Part shown: positions 38,413-40,339 of the stretch, piece by piece
Position numbering within the stretch: the first letter of the stretch is position 1
How the letters are laid out: the number at the start of each line of letters is the position of its first letter
Source: Chthonomonas calidirosea
GTDB taxonomy: Bacteria > Armatimonadota > Fimbriimonadia > Fimbriimonadales > Fimbriimonadaceae
DNA: 40,339 bases
Assembly (NCBI GenBank): GCA_945859975.1
Contig: CAMAPH010000026.1
Coordinates: 1-40,339 of the forward strand
Direction: 5' to 3'
Notes under the pieces: model-generated
Databases searched by the model: none
What the model was told of the DNA's origin: nothing
The model's input: only the letters and a program-made list of their open reading frames with translations
Made by a program: the position numbers and the translations under genes

Positions 38413-40238
38413 CCCTGCTCGAAGCAGTCCGAGACCGTGTCCTGATTGCGGACGGGGCGAACGGAACTCTCCTTGGCCAGTACGGCTACCAGCATCAGCC
38501 CTATGACTTGGCTAACCTCGATGCTCCTGAACTCGTTCTGCGAGTTCATCGCGAGTACTTGGCTGCCGGCAGCGATGTTATTGAAACCAACACCTACCAG
38601 GCGAATCGCTTTCGGTTGCCGGAACAAGTCAGCGTTCGCGAAGTAAATCGGCGAGGAGCGGAGATTGCGCGCCAGGCTGTTTCAGAAGTTGGCGGAGAAC
38701 GCTTCGTGCTCGGTGCGATTGGACCGTCGGGCAAGACGGTGAAGCCTTTTGGACAGCTCTCCAAAGAAGAGGTGTTTGCTTCGGTCACTGAGCAGGTTCT
38801 CGGGCTGATCGAAGGCGGGGTGGATGGGATCATCCTGGAGACTTACAGCGCGATGCACGAGCTTGAAGTCGCGATCCGGGCGGTGCGGGCAGTCACCGAT
38901 CTGCCACTGATTGCGAGTAAGGCGTACATCGAGGACGGCGAGGCGCTCGCTGAGGGGCTGCCGATTCGGTGCGCGCGGGAAATGGCCGTGCTGGGCGTCG
39001 ATATCGTCGGCGCGAACTGCGTGGTTGGGCCGCAGCGGATGCTGGACATTATTCGGCAGCTGGTTGAAGCCACCGATTTGCCCGTTCTGGCGATGCCGAC
39101 GCCGGGTTTGCCACAGTTGGTCAAAGGTCAGGTGACCTACGACATTCAGCCGGAGTACTTCGCGAAGGCGACGATGCGGTTTGTAGAGGAAGGCGCACGC
39201 TTGTTGGGCGGGTGTTGCGGGACTTCGCCGGCGCACATTGCGGCTCTGCGACAGTTGCTCGACAACACGAAGGTGAAGGTTCGCCCTCGCGGCGAAGTGG
39301 TTCGGGAGGGCCAGGCGAAGAAGCCGGTGCCGGTTACGGAGCCGAGCGAGTTTGGTCAAAAGCTTGGAAAGGAGTTTGTGATCGCGGTCGAGCTTGACGT
39401 TCCGCGCGGACTTAGCCTGAAGAAGCTGACGGAAGGGGCGATGGCGCTGAAGGCGGTTGGCGTGGACACGATCAACATTTCCGATGGAGCGCGGGCCAGG
39501 TTGCGGATGTCGCCGGCGGCGGTATCGACCATCTTGCAGCGCGACGCGGGGGTTGAGGTCACGATGCACTTTGCTTGCCGAGATCGGAACCTGCTCGCGG
39601 TTCAGAGCGACTTGCTGGGGGCGCATGCGCTGGGGATTCGGAACATCTTGGCCGTCACGGGAGATCCGGCGAACATTGGCGATTACCCTAGCGCGACGAG
39701 CGTTTTTGACATCGATTCGATTGGGCTTTGCCGGATATTGAAGCGGTTTAACGATGGGATTGATTTGGCCGGATATAGCATCGGCGTGAAGTGCGGGTTT
39801 ACGATTGCTTGCGCGTTCAATCCGCTTGCTTTTGATGCCGCTGAAGAGCTGGATCGGCTGGGGCGGAAGGTTGAGGCGGGGGCGCAGGTGGTTTACACGC
39901 AGCCGGTTTTTGATGAGGCGCAGGCGGAGATCTGCTTTGAGGCCGGAAAGCGGTTTGGGGTTCCGATGTTGGTGGGGGTTTTGCCGCTGAAGTCGGCGCG
40001 GCATGCGGAGTTTATGCACCACGAGGTGCCGGGGATTGTGATTCCGGATGCTTTGCGGAAGCGGATTGCGGAGGCGGCGGATGACGATGTGGCTTTGAAC
40101 ATTGGCATCGAAGAGGCGCAGAGGTTGAGCCAGTTCATTCGGGCTTCGGCCGAGGGCTTGTACTTGATGCCGCCGTTTGGGAGCGCGGTGATTGCGCAGC
40201 GGGTGATTGAAGCGGTTGCTACTTCAGCGACGCGATAA
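38409..40238 (+). CDS. yitJ: Bifunctional homocysteine S-methyltransferase / 5,10-methylenetetrahydrofolate reductase
   Basis: DGANGT, H..YL.AG.DVIETNT, GANC..GP, GGCCGT. MTHFR half has HFACRDRN, TGDP, TQPVFD and HEVPGI. Confidence 0.95.
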   Translation: MTLLEAVRDRVLIADGANGTLLGQYGYQHQPYDLANLDAPELVLRVHREYLAAGSDVIETNTYQANRFRLPEQVSVREVNRRGAEIARQAVSEVGGERFVLGAIGPSGKTVKPFGQLSKEEVFASVTEQVLGLIEGGVDGIILETYSAMHELEVAIRAVRAVTDLPLIASKAYIEDGEALAEGLPIRCAREMAVLGVDIVGANCVVGPQRMLDIIRQLVEATDLPVLAMPTPGLPQLVKGQVTYDIQPEYFAKATMRFVEEGARLLGGCCGTSPAHIAALRQLLDNTKVKVRPRGEVVREGQAKKPVPVTEPSEFGQKLGKEFVIAVELDVPRGLSLKKLTEGAMALKAVGVDTINISDGARARLRMSPAAVSTILQRDAGVEVTMHFACRDRNLLAVQSDLLGAHALGIRNILAVTGDPANIGDYPSATSVFDIDSIGLCRILKRFNDGIDLAGYSIGVKCGFTIACAFNPLAFDAAEELDRLGRKVEAGAQVVYTQPVFDEAQAEICFEAGKRFGVPMLVGVLPLKSARHAEFMHHEVPGIVIPDALRKRIAEAADDDVALNIGIEEAQRLSQFIRASAEGLYLMPPFGSAVIAQRVIEAVATSATR

Positions 40239-40339
40239 ATTCTAGGACGCGCGCGGTTAGGCCGGGGAGGTCTTGTTCGATGGCGCGGGCGTGTTCGGCT
40301 CCGGGGACGTTCCAGACTTGGGCCTTGGTGGCCTTTTGC
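40219..40339 (-). CDS. C-terminus of a probable alpha/beta hydrolase (5' end outside window)
   Basis: Minus strand reads QKATKAQVWNVPGAEHARAIEQDLPGLTARVLEFIASLK* (TAG at 40221-40219). 'VPGAEH...V.EF' is typical of the catalytic-His end. Confidence 0.6.
   Translation of the reverse strand, partial: QKATKAQVWNVPGAEHARAIEQDLPGLTARVLEFIASLK

Noticed and set aside
38682..40022. 446-aa antisense ORF inside yitJ
   Set aside because: Shadow ORF: R/P/H/Q-rich with no motifs, explained by codon bias of the real plus-strand gene.
38409..40238. Methyltransferase-MTHFR fusion as a novelty
   Set aside because: Known YitJ/SamT architecture. The coaBC, ribF, purH and cinA fusions are likewise standard.

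Overview
This is a gene-dense window of a bacterial chromosome (roughly 60% GC by eye) made almost entirely of housekeeping genes. It carries fumC (partial), an APC permease, the yvlD-yvcK-gmk-coaBC-tfoX-like operon, an M29 aminopeptidase, ribF, csrA, tmk, an SPFH protein, mutS, an HxlR regulator, argC-argJ, a TlpA, a secreted EEP nuclease, a G1P thymidylyltransferase, cinA, purH, remA-mreBCD, a glutamate dehydrogenase, fabZ-lpxA, a HAD hydrolase, a matrixin-like protease and a bifunctional homocysteine methyltransferase/MTHFR. Firmicutes-like genes (remA, yvcK, yvlD, yitJ) together with lpxA and many unknown exported proteins suggest Armatimonadota (Fimbriimonadaceae-like); this is an inference. 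I saw no rRNA, tRNA, CRISPR array, transposase, integrase, prophage or defence island. The most notable items are: (1) a single 704-aa ArgD-ArgF fusion; (2) a 46-aa lipoprotein gene missed by the ORF track, with its own promoter, SD and terminator; (3) an exported protein with three CC motifs upstream of a TlpA whose SD is hairpin-sequestered; (4) repeated leaderless-type -10 boxes; (5) remA placed at the head of mreBCD; (6) a probable CsrA autoregulatory hairpin. I found no convincing large novel multi-gene system. Family calls rest on motif recognition, not on searches.
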